Shown: positions 1-15,200 of the stretch, piece by piece
How positions within the stretch are numbered: the stretch's first letter is position 1
How the letters are laid out: each line of letters starts with the position of its first letter
NCBI GenBank assembly: GCA_030141605.1
Contig: JAQGDQ010000005.1
Span: forward strand, 930,180 to 994,179
Direction: 5' to 3'
Origin: Tubiluchus corallicola
Taxonomy: Eukaryota; Animalia; Priapulida
DNA length: 64,000 bases
Translations under genes and position numbers: made by a program
The notes under the pieces: generated by a model
Seen by the model: only the letters and a program-made list of their open reading frames with translations
Told to the model about the DNA's origin: nothing
The model's database searches: none

Positions 1-30
1 AAGAATAATCCATGAGTTTTGTGAGGTAAT

Positions 31-1124
31 ATGAAGTTTGCAGATAAAAACATTTGTGGATCTGCAATCGCCTTATCTGGAAAGATTTCACATACAAAAC
101 ACCATGTAATTTAAAATTTTGTAATTGATTTTTTAACAGTGTTACAGTTAAAAACTTGTTATAATAACATATACAATAGAGGTAAGTTAAAACTGACAAC
201 AAAGCATCTTAGCTGTGCAGATGATAGTACAATAGAAATCAGAAAGATTACATGCAAAGTATAAAGGTAAAGATTAGAAAGCAAGGCCGACACTCTAGAC
301 AGTTCTGTGTAGTCCAGGTAAATATGGACATCAAAGCTGGAAAATGAAATACAGTGGACTCTCGTTATAAGAATCACCTCGGGAGAAGGCAAAGTGATTC
401 TTATAACAAGCGATTCTTATAACGAGCATGACACAGAATTGCTTTAAAAAAATTTTATGCACATAAAAATTATTTATTTCCCGAAATTACGCTAGAAACG
501 ACATGAAACAGCATAATGTTTTTCTGGCCTAAAAAGGACCTAAAAATTACTAGACTAATGTTTTCATTTCATGGTTGGGTAAATATTTCATGATGCCAGA
601 ATTGCCTTAAAAATTTTTTAATGCACATAATTTTTTTCCTCCACGCCCACTGCGCAGAACCTTGTAAGCAGGGCGTGAGAGACAATGGAGTTGGCGCCAA
701 AATTGATTCTACTATCGAAAGAAGGGTGATTCTTATACGAGCGGATTTTCACTAGGAAAATGCCGAATCAATTCGGGAAACGCGATTTTGATTCTTATAT
801 CGAGCTGATTCTTATACGTGTGATTCTTGTAACGAGAGTCCACTGTAGATGCACATTTTTCTTTGTGGATCTATCAAATGAAAAAGCAATAAAATACTGC
901 TAATTTTTAAATATTAAAGATTGAAATCATGGTTATAAAGCTGCTAAAGGTTCCAGCTTGGCAATTTGTAATCTCTTATAATAATTATAACACTTGCTTA
1001 TGAAGTTTGCAGACAGTAACATTTGTAGATCTGCAATCGTTTTATCTGGAAAGATTTCATATAAAAACACCATATGATTTAAAATTTTGCAATTAATTTT
1101 TTATTAAGTCCCCACTGCCCTTAA
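31..1124. repeat. ~105-bp imperfect direct repeat (31-135 and 1000-1104) in a probable DNA-transposon remnant ending ...CCCACTGCCCTTAA
   Basis: ATGAAGTTTGCAGA..CATTTGT(G/A)GATCTGCAATCG..TTATCTGGAAAGATTTCA..AAAACACCAT..TTTAAAATTTTG occurs twice. The TTAA end at 1121-1124 resembles TTAA-targeting elements (inference; the other end would lie outside the window). Confidence 0.5.
352..845. mobile_element. Tc1/mariner-superfamily (pogo/Tigger-like) MITE, 494 bp
   Basis: 26-bp TIRs CAGTGGACTCTCGTTA(T/C)AAGAATCAC at 352-377 and 820-845 (1 mismatch); TA at 350-351 and 846-847; repeated subterminal GATTCTTATA motifs; no transposase ORF. Confidence 0.9.
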
Positions 1125-2618
1125 TACTGAAAATTCATTTATTCATGATACTCATGAAGCAGATTTTGACAAATTAAAAAGTGAATTTGTTCAGTTAAAA
1201 TTTTATAAGCAGGTGTTACACGTACATTCAAAAGCTAGTAACGTAGTGCAGAAATGGGTATATACCCAACTTTTGTCTTTATTGTAAATTTAGTTGTAAA
1301 CTATTGGCTACACATGCTGGAAACACCCTGCAACAGCCTAATTTACAATGCATATTTAGATTGCAAACAAAAAGATAACGAAAATGTGTATAACTGGGTC
1401 TCGTTCATAGGAATATTTTGTATAAACTTGGGTTTGAACATACTTGGATTACTGAAGGTACGTTAAGTGCCCGAAGGTTGCTTTACTCCATTAATAAGAA
1501 ACTACAGGAATAGATATAATGACTATTTTTTGAAAAATATTTATAACGACAACAACGATGATGGGGGTAATAAACTTCGAACTCATAGGCTTTTTAAAAC
1601 TGTATATTGTTTAGAGAAATATTTGCTTAAGCGTAATAATCCAATTTAAAGCAAACGTATACAACTATATACACTAGATTTAGAATTAGCGCACACACAT
1701 GGGATATTAAGAGGGGGAGGGTTTATAATATCATAAACCAACAATACCTGCTCAACAAATATGTAAAATATGCAAGATGAATCAAGTGGAAGATGAAATG
1801 CATTTTTGTATGACATGCTCTGCTTATCAAAATACAAAATACAATTGTATTTGAAGATATTTTAAAAATATTTCCTTCTTTTGCAAATATGCCTGTAAAT
1901 GAACAGTTTATTTTTATTAATGGCCTAAATGATGTAGCGATGAGAACCCTAGTAATAGACTTTATACATCATCAGCAAGAAAAGGGGAGAGAAACAGGAC
2001 AGCAAATAACTTTAATTTAAACTCACAGCCTACAAAATATATTCTTACTATTGTTGTTTTTTCTGTGTTACCATTGTGCTTTTGTTGGTTTTGTGTTTTT
2101 TGGGGGGTATTATCATCCCTACTACATTTGAGCTGTTCCATTCTATGTGCCGGATCGACATTTTTTCTTTATGTTGTATGCCTAATAAACATTATTATAC
2201 AATAGTGCCATAGTGCTATGGTTCTACTAATGTACTTATCAATGTACAACAAACAAAATTCAGGCTGCAGCAAGTCAAGTAAATGGTACACACCGGTAAC
2301 ACGAACTTTCAAAAAAGAACAAACGTTCATATTTTATTCAACTAGGTTATTACGTAATGCACAGTTTTTGCCGGGCCCCATAGAATGCATTCACTTGTGT
2401 ATGTTTATTATGATTACAATGTATTTATATAAGTTTTTAATGTGCAATTTAACTTTCCTAGCCCTTTGTAAATGAAATTACAATTAAGTTTAGCCCATCA
2501 TTCCTGGAGCTGCAAAAAAGTTGTTGGGCATACAGCATGTGGAGTTGTTAACATAACGTGTTGAAAAGTAATTTTGTCTGCTAACCATATAAAAACAGGG
2601 AGTCACTGAACAACCAGT

Positions 2619-2682
2619 TGGACACCGAGCTGTTTTACCTACGTACACTGGACACCGAGCTGTTTTACCTACGTACACTGGA
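2619..2682. repeat. Exact 30-bp tandem duplication
   Basis: TGGACACCGAGCTGTTTTACCTACGTACAC occurs twice in tandem. Confidence 0.9.
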
Positions 2683-5600
2683 AATAAGATGTTTTGCTGC
2701 AAAAAAATTTTGCGCAAAGGGCAAGCAGAAATTTTGCCCAAACAAATCTGACTGACATTTTTAAATCTCAGTGACTTTGCTGAACAAGTAATGTAAATTT
2801 GGATATGAACGTTTACATGCAATTACATGTGCAATAAGCATGCACTTACACCAGCACAAATGTTCATCAATTTTTAGTTTGCTGAAGTCACATACGTCTA
2901 CTCATACATACACACATACATACATCATACATACGTCTGCTTATTACAGAGTACTTCCAGGGTGCAAGTTTAGCACTTTTTTCTGCTAGAAATCTGCCTG
3001 TTCCCATTTTTGCAGAAAATTTGTGCCTTATGCAATGCCACAGTTTTTTACCTGAATTTGCAATTGTAGGTCAGTCTGTGGATATAAACAGCTAAAATAT
3101 CAAACCAGTTGTAAATTCTTTGTCATTAGGAGTTTCAAGCTTTAGGTACATTAAAAATATCATTGTGTCAGGCTTCAGCCCATTTCTTAGGTCTGAATGA
3201 AAAAGTTTATAATACAAACTGAATCCTCTATCCACTTCAGCATTTCAATAATATAATGACTTGCGCTTGCAAGCTAAAAATCGAGTCACTTAAAGTCAAG
3301 ATGTGCATCTGCATCACATTCAATAAGGTGCAATGTCTAATAATAAGCCTACTGTCAGTTGCTCAAACAGGTTCTAGGCCTGACAAGCATAACAGTAGTT
3401 GACTGATTCATATCTATCTCTGCAACCAGCATTTTTTATTTAGAATGTCGAGTTTGGTCATAAGATTTATAATCCCTATACTTGGAAGTTCAAGGATCAC
3501 TATCGGTAAAGTTCTTTTTACTAAGTCTAGCCCTACTCAGAGCTATTTGGCATTGTCTGCACCATATGTCATGATTGCCAAAACAATGCTAGTCGGCTAT
3601 GCTGCCAGCAAACATAGGTTCTACTGTAGATGCTGTACCACTTGCTGTGCGGCTGACAAGTAATTGTATCTAACAGCATCAGGAGAAATGAATACAACAG
3701 AGGTTTTAACAAACAAAAAATCAACCTCGTTGTTGAATTTTGCATAAAAATATTGAAATACTGATATATTTTAGTCAAATTTGTATTTCCTCTGTTTTTG
3801 CCTTCTGTTTCTTCAGTGCGTAAGTAGAGCAGTTCAAACCTAGCATGCACCAGCGAGAATGTTTATTCATAACGCAAAGTCCTCGTAGTAATATGCGAGT
3901 GAGAATTTTTGGTGGTTTGGCTTTTAATTGATTGTCTGACAGCCAAATTAATTTAAATTCCCTGCAAACTATACAGTTTTGAGAAAGTGGGGCGTCACTT
4001 ACTGTGTACATCGACTGGGCAAAAAATACAAGATTTCATTAATACAAAGCCATAATAAAAATAGCAGGCTTAGTTTATCATGGCCACGAAGACTAGTGTA
4101 CCGATGACTTTTGCCGGCTCCATAGCAAATTCACCAGAATTTCTATTGTGGGTCCCTAGCATGTTCTAGGACTGCACCAAAACCAAGTTTTACTGAACCG
4201 AAACGGTACCAAACTTTTCAAACCATTTTCGTGGAACCAAATTTCTACTATTTTATTACCAAAATCGAATATCTGCGGAAATTTACCAATATTGTTAGTT
4301 TTTTATCAAACTAATAGAAAAAAGTCAACGCACGAAAGGTTGTTTTAGCTGTTTCATAAATTGAATAGGCCTATAATACTCTACAATCACAAGCAGGTGA
4401 CTATAAGCTAGCATTAGGAGTATCAGAATCTAGTACTACTAGAACTAGTAATATAATAACTGGAAATAAAGCAATAAATTGTCTGACTAACAAACCATTG
4501 TTTATTTTATTAAATTTGAATTGCAAAATTTAAGAAATTAATAATTTTAAAGTGCTAAATTGAACTAATTATGTATGCCACTGACCTCCAAGTTTGACAA
4601 GCTCTTGACACGTTGACAAGTCTGATATTGATAACATAAACAGTAAGTAATCAACACTCATATTAACAGATAACAATATAGTAATTACTTTAATATTATA
4701 GCTTAATCAGTAATTATATAGTAATCACTTTACATATTGTATCAGGGTGTCTCAAATATTTTACACTTAACTTCAATCTGCTGTGCTAAAAACCTAATGA
4801 ATAAAAAATCTCACATGCTCGTGTTTCATGTACATTGTTTACCTGTGTTTGACACTTACACTAAATTCACTGACAATGTTGACAACTCGACAATAATTAT
4901 AATCTATGCAAAATTCACAATTTCTTTCACTAAGTCAACAAGAAAGCCACGTGTATATAACCGACAAGTGAATGACTTCACGGTATCCAGGTGCATCACT
5001 CCAGATGGTAAAATTTTATGAAGTTAGTTCAAGCTGAAGGTCTACCAAGTGAAAACAGCTTTGTTGAAAAATTGTCTTATTTTGAAAAAGATGTCAGAAC
5101 TGATAGTGATTAATTCTAATAATAAATCAGTTTAATTAAAATTCAATCTTTGCTGTTTCAATAATTATAATTAATCGTACTTGAATTATGTATTTCAGAC
5201 CGTAAAAAGTCACAGTGAGAATCTTCAAAGATTCTGGCAAAATATAACGAAATTATGGCCCTGTTAGATAATGTAAAAAATGGTGTAACAGTTACAAAAT
5301 TTTTCTTTCAACTTCTTCTACATAACTTAACATAGTTATATTGAACATGCTAAGGATGCATCGAAATTCGGTAACAGCTGGATTTCAGTTACCAAACCGA
5401 ATCTTCGGTTCGTTTTGTTTTGTTAGTATAAAAAAATTAGGTTTCGGTTCAGTTTATTTAAATCAATTCGGTCGTGACGACTGTAAAAACTGTTTCTATT
5501 GTATAAGCATTACGAATGCGCTTTGGCCAGTGCAAGAGCAAAATGTACACACATGTATACATACACACAGACGTACATACAGTGTACCTACAAATATACT

Positions 5601-5984
5601 CACATGTATGCATACTCCAATATTCACACGAATACGCATGCATGAGCTTTTGAATCAGAGTGTTCGCAGTACGCACTTCACTAACTAAGCAAACGTATCA
5701 ACTATTGTATCTTGTCAATGACATTAAAAATACCTTTTGGGGAGAGCCAGTGAAGTGCACACAGAAAAGGCACGTCAGTGACATTTTACTAGATGGCATG
5801 ACCATTGTAAACAATTAAGTATTTACTTTTCTAGTTATGGAAGTCTTTTAAACAAGACAAGCATTATGCTAATAAATATACCTTTGTTAAAAAAGTTTTT
5901 TGGGACATACATTAAAATTGCCTTTTCTTCTCCGTGAAGAATCACTTACAAATCATATATTTGTCATTGTTAATTTTCACCGTT

Positions 5985-6270
5985 GGTGATGATGATAAAA
6001 TAAATAAGCATGACTAAAATGATGGCGACAATGATAATGAGAGTGACGATGATGAAGATCAAACTGACTGTGACAATGACAGTGATGATGCCTAGTATGG
6101 AACAGGAGTAAGAATCACAAAACCAAACAAGTAAGACTCAAAACAAGAACAAGGCACAGAATGAGAAGGAAAACATGAACAAGAAAAGCCGAACAAAGAC
6201 AAACAAGTGAATGAATACAAACAAAAACAGCAGCAAGAACAAGAAAAAATAACAAAAAAGATTGTGATAG
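5985..6270. repeat. Degenerate (GAT/GAC)n followed by (CAA/GAA)-rich low-complexity sequence
   Basis: gatgatgat..gacgatgatgaa..., then aacaagaacaag... runs. Confidence 0.6.
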
Positions 6271-9200
6271 TAAAGCTGACGATGTACCAAACAAAACGAA
6301 TGTCGCAGTTCTAGACCCGTGAGTGCTGTTATAGGAGCATCTGGAGTTAATTATAGCGGAACTCTTCACGTGACCATATTCTCGGGCGAAGATAAAATAG
6401 AAAAGCAATTTAATTCACACTGAAATACGGGCCTTATATACTGTTGTATGCTCCCTTTTACCCATGGCCGCACACACGCGCGCACACACTTCAAAACGGA
6501 CCGCATTATTAACTCAATCCTCGACAGAGCAAAACACAGTATTACATATCATTTTTTTTCTTTACTACCGTGCAATAATATGTATAGTCATACTTGCCTG
6601 ATTTTACATTTCGTGACAGCACGCGATACAAAACTACGTGCAGAAAGCGCCATCTTACTTCTCTAAACGCTCTTGCAAAATACACAAAAGTTGACCAAGT
6701 AAATAGGCTTAATTTAATTCAAGTTTAGCTTATTGGTGAAATGAAACCAAGAGAAGGTACGCCATGCCTCCGACCATGCGAGTCGCACGAAATTTTGAAA
6801 CTCTCTCCAATCTCTATACTCGACGACTGCCACAAATGGCCATTTACCTTGCAATTTATCTTACAAAGTTATATGGACCTAAAGTTGCAGTAGCTCCTCA
6901 AAGATGCTTTAAGGCAATTGATTATATGCCTTAAGGCAATTGATTTATACATAATTACATTACATGCATTACACATTTCGCGAGATAAACAGCAAAGAAC
7001 ATACAATTATAGTTGTTAAAATATTGATATTGATAGTCATACATTTGGTCATTAACTGATCTGACTGATTATAATAAATCCTAATTATACCCACCCTAAA
7101 TCAATCATAATATCCAAACAATCAATTGTTTATAACAAACAACTAAAGAACCCATTGCACGGCTGTCTCTTCTAAAGCACATCAATCTAGTGCTCAGTGA
7201 CAACAGTACTGTGATATTATTTATAACTCAATATTTAAATTTAGCACTTTACTCAGCAGTTAAGGTATGGAACTGCAGAAGTCCTTTATTAACAACTAAG
7301 CAAAATGAGCATGTGCCTTGCTTAGGGCCTCAGGGGAAGAGGAGCCCACAACTTTTTTCCAGAATATTACCCAAAAACAAAATATGCCGGAATAGGTGTG
7401 ATGTTTCTGTGTTTGTTTACTTGATCTGCTCACTGACCATTGAAAACACTGACTGATTATATAATGTGTCATAATATACTTTCAAGTGAAGTAATTCTTA
7501 TAAAAATGCGATGATACAGAAAGCAGGATAATGTTGGTTTTGAATGTATGCATTTTATCACATGGTGGCCATGATGCAATGTGAGTAACTTTAATTATGT
7601 GATGCTAGTTATTTATCCATGTATTTTTGTATGTGGTTCTGGTGCTGGGAATTTAATTGTACATATGATTTTTTAAAAATAATCTTTTCAAGAAAACTTT
7701 TTGTAATATAAATAAATTCATACTTCATAGTTATAAGGACGCAACAATACATATTATATTGTATCTTAACTTTGATTCGTATAAGCTTAAATACTATGTA
7801 TCTTCAAGGCGAGAAAGCAATGGAATAAAAGGCAATTTGTTTCATACAAGTGACATTAATTAATATTCTTCATTGGGACATATATGAACCAGCATCGATT
7901 TCTGTAAAAAACGTAATAGTTTGTATTTGCATTTTTTTACTCACTATCACTTTCCTTTTAAGAAATGAAAATGAATATTTTGCACTAAGTCTGTTCGCCG
8001 TTCGGATAAGTTTTGTTCGCTAGCTATTATTACACTGACCTTTTGTAATAAGTTGCTCTATGTTTATTGGTATATTATTCACATGTACATATGCTGAATG
8101 GCTATACCTTTTTAAGATTTAAATTCATCTCTGTATTTTTAATCTAATATCACATTTTATGCAGTCAAAGTTGATGTCCTAAAATTTACCGAGAACAAAT
8201 CGTATCGCAAATTTTTTTCATTTCCGCAGATAAAATTTCATTTGCAGTTTAATATTGTTTTTATTTTTAAATTACATATACGTGGGTACACGTACTATAA
8301 CCTTTTCAGTACTTAGGTCCTCTTGAGGTCTCAATCTGGTCATGAACTGCGCGGCGGAAGCAACCACCAGCTACTTCTGATACTGAAGGTAGCGCGTAAA
8401 TTTTGAACAAGCTCCCCTCTCCTGAACCACCTAGCGAGCTACAAAATAAAGGTCAAGCGCAAATTACACCGCCATAGCAGCAGCAGTAGTAAAACTTTAT
8501 TTCTTGTCGACATTATTCAAACTAACATTAGCCAAAGGCTGGTATCCGACAAATAAAAAATTCTACAGTGCACACATATCACAAGCCATTTAAATGTATG
8601 AAACGGCGTTTCACTTTTTTTGACTAATTGGAATAAACTTGCTGACAGCCGCTGCCTTGCTTGTAATTGGCTACATGCCAAAATTAGCGCTCGCTTACGA
8701 AACGAGGTCATAAAATTAGTTCGGCAGCCTCTGACCACGCCACGCAAAGTCGCAAACCTCCGCTAAAGTCTCTTTTTAATTAATTCTACACGATAGGTTT
8801 AATTTGTAATTTGAACTTACACTTAACAAGCGTTCGAAGCCATCAGTGGTGGAGGTGAAAACTTTCTATGTCTCGAAATGAATAAATTAACGACAAATGA
8901 GATTTTTGGAACTATTTTTGTCGATCCTTTGACAGCAATGCATCTAGTTTTCCGTTCTTGTTTCGTTGAAGCGGCCATATTCATGCCATTTTCTTGATGG
9001 AGTTACTACAATAAATTATTCTTACACACGTCTTATTTTTGAAAGAAATTTAAAAGTTTATAAACATGTTTAGTACATAGTTAAATGTAATTGCAATTGT
9101 TGTATAGTAATAAGTTTTAATGTTGACAGTGTGTGTTACTAGTTGATGTGCCCGTCTGAGTCGTTATGACCTTGCTGCGTGTAAGTATAAACTTGATATA

Positions 9201-12200
9201 ACTTTGGCAAAACTAAATTTAAATTTTTGCACTTAAGTTTTGAACATCCATTGGTTATTTAATATTGTTGTACAGTGCTAATGAGCTCGATATAGCCTCG
9301 ATAGCTCGATTTGCAGCTATTAGCAGCTAGGTCCTTATTTCTTTGGATAAGGTATAAGTTGGATGCGATGACGCATAATACAGAGAACTAAGTGGAGTAT
9401 AAAGGAAGATAATCAGTCAAGTGAAATAAGAACAGTATTGAAGCCTGTTGTCAACATGAGACCGATGTTGATGCCTGCATCTCATTTGTCTGCGTCATTG
9501 AAATAAGCAGTAAATGCATTATGGCTGCAGCATCATATAAATAAGTAATAAACCTCATAGGTGAGGGCAATGAGGGATCGTCTCACTTTTCAAAGTCACG
9601 GGGACCTAGAGTTGAACTTGGTTATAGCCCCTTCTCAAACATGACAAAAACTATTTGACAGGTGATGCTTGAATGATTGCTGTTGGTAACTTGTTCATTG
9701 ATGACACGGGAGGCAAAAAGATAAGATCGAATATTGGTTCATGACAAAGGAACAAATAGTTTCGAGGGGTGTCCATAGAGGGATCTAGGCGGATGTGAAA
9801 AAGCATCTTCCTAGAGGAACGCACCTTTTGCTTTCGTGCAGATATTATAAGTTGCACAATCAATAATATGAACTGTTATAAAATGTGAACAAAACTAAGT
9901 AAAGATACTTTACTCGGCTTTCGTAAAGGTTGTTCATTAATGTTCAGTATGACTCTAGGCAGTGACACTGATTAATGAGCAGTCATGATGTTAGAAATTG
10001 ACTTTATGAGTAAACGAATTGATACCACTCACTTGACAAAGCTGAAAGAAAATAATTTCTACAAAAACTCCTAACAGAAGGTATCAGTACAAAATGTAGT
10101 ATAATGTGTCTGCACAAAACCTAATATTTAGTTTTCGATTCCAAAAAAGGACTCTAAATGCAGCAAATGTAACAGTTTTAAAGTAAGTGACTAACAAGGT
10201 ACCAAAAGAGCAACAAAATCTGGTGGCTTAAAATAATTATTACTGCATATCACACCAGATAAAATTAGTTTTAGTTGCTAAAACAAACACCTTTGAAATG
10301 CAGGGAAGGCGCATCGGTTTCCTCGGAGCCAACGGCACTTCCTGAGACTACTAGCTGTTTGAAACACTTTTCAACCAATTTCTAGCTGTGCCTCTGAACC
10401 TAGTCAGTAGCCACCATGACCTGAGATGTTAGAGAAGCAATAGGGCATGTGTTCTACTGGGGATAAAAGGTTACTGGACACCTGTGGGGTGTATTTAATA
10501 CTGTAGCCTAGGATGCAAAATTTGTTGGGCAGTACCAGATTTTTAGGAGCCAGTGTTAAAATCCTTGTAGTTCTCATAGGAAATTTGTCTCCTTGCATAT
10601 TTCATATAAAGTGCATATGCAGCATGATTAGATTTGAGCAGCATATATTTAGAATAAAAAGATGTGAATAGGAGCAGAACCCAAGAAAAGCTCTACTACA
10701 TTGCAGGAATAAGTAACGTATTGTTCATTATCATTTTATAAACCAAACTGATACATGTACTATCTATCAAGGACTCTATATCATTGTGAAAGTCACTCCT
10801 GGTTGCCGTAGCAACTGTAAACCGAAGGCATACTAATATCACAAAAATAATGGTAGTCTATACTTTTTTTGCATAGGCCTAATCAGTGGGCCAGATGTGG
10901 TTATTTTGTTGCTGGCAGTTAAGGGATGTCTTCTGTAAAACCTAACATTTTTTCCAGTTTTGAGTCGCTCTATTTTTTGTGAATTTTTGAACAGTTTTAG
11001 ACTTGGTTTGACATAAATGCCACGCAGGTATTAACGACTCCCTGTTGGAGCACAATACAAGAACAACACACTACAATGAGCAAATTGTAGGAGTTACAGC
11101 CCATCCTAAAATGTTGGGTTTAGTTCTAAGATATGAGGTCATTTGGAGAGAATGGCAAATTTTTATATTTGATGACATTGTATTATGGAGGAGCAGTACT
11201 ATATAACCAAGCTTTGTGAATTTATCCCAGATATCAAAGTAACTGATATTAAAACATGTTTTTTGAAACCTAGGTTGTGTCCCTTTTCACATCATGCACG
11301 ATAAACCTGTCCCTATTCACCCCAAAATGTTGGATGAATGGGGACGCTGATTTTTAAATAAAACAACAATGTACGAAATTTTTATCATGAGAACAATACC
11401 TTCACTAACAAAAAAGTTACAGCCATTTGAATCACTATTCTGACCATAATTATTATTTGTCAGAAGTTTATAAGTGAGCTTCAGTCAAGCAGCATAAATT
11501 TATAAAGGTTATGAAAAGGACAGTGCTTGCATTTGAGGGCCATGCACTCGCACCCAATCGCTCTCGCTGCTTTGAATTTAGAAATTCCTTTGCCAAAAAT
11601 CACACACGCTAAATATTTAGTCCTTAGTGGTTTTCAGAGTTGATCGTCGGATGAGCAAAAATTCGGAAAGTAAACAATGAAATACCCTAACTAATAAATG
11701 ACTTAGTAAACCAACAAGATAACTTGAAAAACGAAATGTAATTTTGTTTTCAAATTATCGTCTTTTCTTTGTGGCATTTTTCCTAGCTCTCTAATGGCTG
11801 GATGCTCCATTATCGGTTACAGAATGTGACACACTCTTATTGTATGTTATGCAGCATATCTAACCAGTCGCTTTAGTACTTGCATGTTAATCCCACCATA
11901 ATCCCACAGATGTTTCAATTGAGCTTGGTCACTATCAGCACTCCACGATTTCACGGCCAGACAAAAATAATAATTATGTGTATCTAACAAAATTAAGCAG
12001 TCTACTTTAATAATTTCTCATTGTCAGAATTACGGGAACTACAAATTAATGTAACAATATATCATTTGTGTACATAGCCTTTGTTCAATTGCCAAGCTAC
12101 ACATTTACCTGGAAGTAGATAGCTCAAAAAATTTTTATAGACATTTTTGTGACAGTAGTGCTATATTTGCATGCTGCTTGTTACAAGGAGCCGCAGTGTG

Positions 12201-15200
12201 AAGGTTGCTGGTATCGCTTACACTCTAAGCATGGTGTCGTAAAACTAAGCGATAATTTGTGAATTTCTGAAAATTTTAATAGAAATCCTTTAAATTCTGT
12301 AAAAATAAGAATATTCGGGTAATTAATAAAAACATACTTCTTTCTTACCTGCTCTAAGTTTTTCACATTCGGTGAGCAATTGGTAGTTTTACGCGTAGAA
12401 AAATAGAATTAAGCGCAGTGCAAAATCTGCCAAGCATTTTTGCCGGATCCGGTATATCCCTATCCAGCAGTTATAACATGCCACAAGCAGTTACTTGGTC
12501 ACTTTTGTATAAGCACGGCATAACAAACAAGTACAGTTTCTATGATTAATGCATAAAAAAATGTCCTGCACCACAAGCAGTTGTGTTTCCCAAATGCATG
12601 TAAATTAACATTAATCACGTAGGTATTAAGTGGTAATGCTGCTAATACACTATAGGCAGTTGTAAACTACTACTCGTACAGGTAGTCATAAGTTACTACT
12701 GCATGAGATACTTCACATGCCTTACTTAAAACTACAGTTTCATTTGTTTGCTTGTTATGATTTTAGTTTATATCTTTTCAGTTTGACACTCGTTTGTTTG
12801 TATGTTTTTCCTCAGCTTAAAGGACAAGAAAAGGTGTACCTGAAGTAAGTTTCAGAAAAATCGCCTTAAAAATATATTACGCTATAGCAATTTTATGCGA
12901 ATAGCACACTCGCGTTAAAAGGATTTTTCGTTTGTTTTCATTTTATATCTCCTTCAATACTGTTCTGACAGCACCATTACGTGACGTCACCTATGCACAA
13001 CATAAATCAGGGGAAGAAAAGGCAATGTTAAACTCTGTCCCAAAAAACTTTTCATGCAAAATTATATTGTTTTGCATTTTGCTTACCTGCTTGAAAGACC
13101 TACATAACTAGAAGAGAAAATCTTTAACTATTTAAAATGCTTTCACCAATTGGTAAAATGTCACTGACTCACCCTCCAGGGTGCACCACGCACTAACCAA
13201 AACGTATTTTTAATCTTATTAACAAGATACAGTAATTTTAAATTAATTTAGTTAGTGATGTATGTGCTAAGAATGCTCTGATTATTTTTCCAAATTTTAC
13301 ACAATATTATCTAAACTTGTTCCAAATGACTTGTCATCAAAATGGCTGCATCTAATGGTCATCAAGGAAGTTTAAATTTACATGCTTTATACAGCGTTAT
13401 TGCTAATGCAAGCCCAATATGCAAAAAGGCAGTATGTAAGTGGTATAATATTTCAAGACAAATTTTTTAAGCTTTATGTAAGTTGAGGGTTTTCTTGTGC
13501 TTTAACCGGATCCAATGTTAAACTGTAGGTCAAAAAAATTTACTCTTTAAAAATATTGAAATGTTTTTAAAATATTGAAAGGAAACATCCTGTTTTTTTT
13601 CAAAAATAACTTCGTGTTCGCGCCACTAGTTCTTCGCTGTTACATCGCATTTCACCATTCGCTAGTTAGACGGGGGCGCTAGTGCCTGCATTTCTAAAAC
13701 GCATTGCACATAAAATGGGTGGTGTACCTCTCAATTCAGAAGAGTTAGTCTGCGATGAACTCCACACGTTCGACATGCACGGCGGTAAATTTGAAATTTG
13801 AACTTTTATCTTGAAACTTGCCTGGTTTTAGTACAGCACATTGAATAACTTACAGTATCACTGTACTTCAATTTTCGCTTTCGCAAACATGAGCAACACG
13901 CTCGTGAAATGTTTTTGCTGTTAAAAATTGTTAGTTGGTGATATCATCAATAGTTGGGCTCGCTTGCCGATAATTTAGTTTTGAACCTATTATTTAATTA
14001 TCAGAAACGCTTTTGCAATATTAATTGTGTTAAAATGTATATTTTTTATCAGATTTGAAAATGATCTCCCTTTAATTTGTCACTAGAAGTTCTTTATTTA
14101 ACTTTAAGTTAATTTAACTAGAAAAGTTGCTGATATGCTAACCTACATAGTTTATTTTGTCACCCTTTCTCTATACTCTTTTCCGTCTATGTACTTAATA
14201 TTTATTGTGTATAATTACTGGAGATAAATAAACTACATCTTGATCTGAGTATATGCTGGAATTCTATTAAATGTTTGCTGCACTTAAAATTAATCTTTTC
14301 TAAAAAAAGGCTAGCTAGACAGTTTTTTAAAAAAAGAAAAAAGTTAAAGCAAGAATTTATAAGTGAGTTACTGTGTGCAAATCAGTAATTACCTGATAAC
14401 TACTAGTTACAAGAACCTGCCTGCTTTGCTGTGTCCGAAACAAAAGGAACTGCAGGAAAAAGCATAAATTACTAGCACCTAGGTATACTTTTTTTTGCGT
14501 TTCCTGTTAACTAAATTAACAAATCACAAAAAGATCAGTTGTTTTAATTCGTCTTTAAATCGTTCGTGAAATGTATCAGACCTGTAAATGTTATTATAGA
14601 TAGACATGGCTATGATGATCAAAATCTACACAGTAGTTAATTTTTATGGCACAACCAATTGCTGTAACCTATTGGATTGCTCTGATGCAAATATTACACA
14701 TGACGTCTCTCGTGTTTTACGAATTAGAAATTTGTCTTGCTATTGCAATAGAAAGTGGTTTTTAATAAACTAATTAGTTTAAATCACATGACTCAAATGA
14801 AAAACTGAAACTCGTTAAATATCTAACAAGTATTATAAATAACAGATTCAGGAAGAACACCCTTGAACACTTACTCTTACCCTTAGGAAGCATTTAAGCC
14901 AAAATACATCAAATGTAGGAGAATGCATTGATAGGGGCTCTGCCAGCCCTCTGATGACACGCTCTAGTCGAATTTGCGGAGTCTTACTCATTTTGTTCTG
15001 TACACTTGGTAGTTCTGAGCATTGAAAATTAAACGAAGCTAACTATCAACACAATGTCCTGTACATGGAATGTAGCTATATAAACTGTCATGACTGTAAA
15101 ATTTAAATACAACTCTTGGTCTTTACGTTAATCATATATGCATTTTGTTATTTGTTTTTCATTTATGGAACCTCTTATAAGATATATAACTTCATGTGTA

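Noticed and set aside
4165-5460. AACCGAA-rich segments resembling hAT-type MITE ends
   Set aside because: Too degenerate to pair TIRs or find a target-site duplication.
6115-6408. Hydrophobic 97-aa minus-strand ORF resembling a membrane protein
   Set aside because: It is the antisense reading of an A-rich simple repeat.
8823-8984. Minus-strand 53-aa ORF MNMAASTKQERKTRCIAV...FISRHRKFSP, vaguely THAP-like
   Set aside because: It lacks the C2CH ligands and conserved W/P residues, and stops just before the donor; similarity is too weak to call.
12817-14075. Possible Kolobok-like element (TTAAAGG...CCTTTAA)
   Set aside because: The inverted match does not extend beyond 7 bp.
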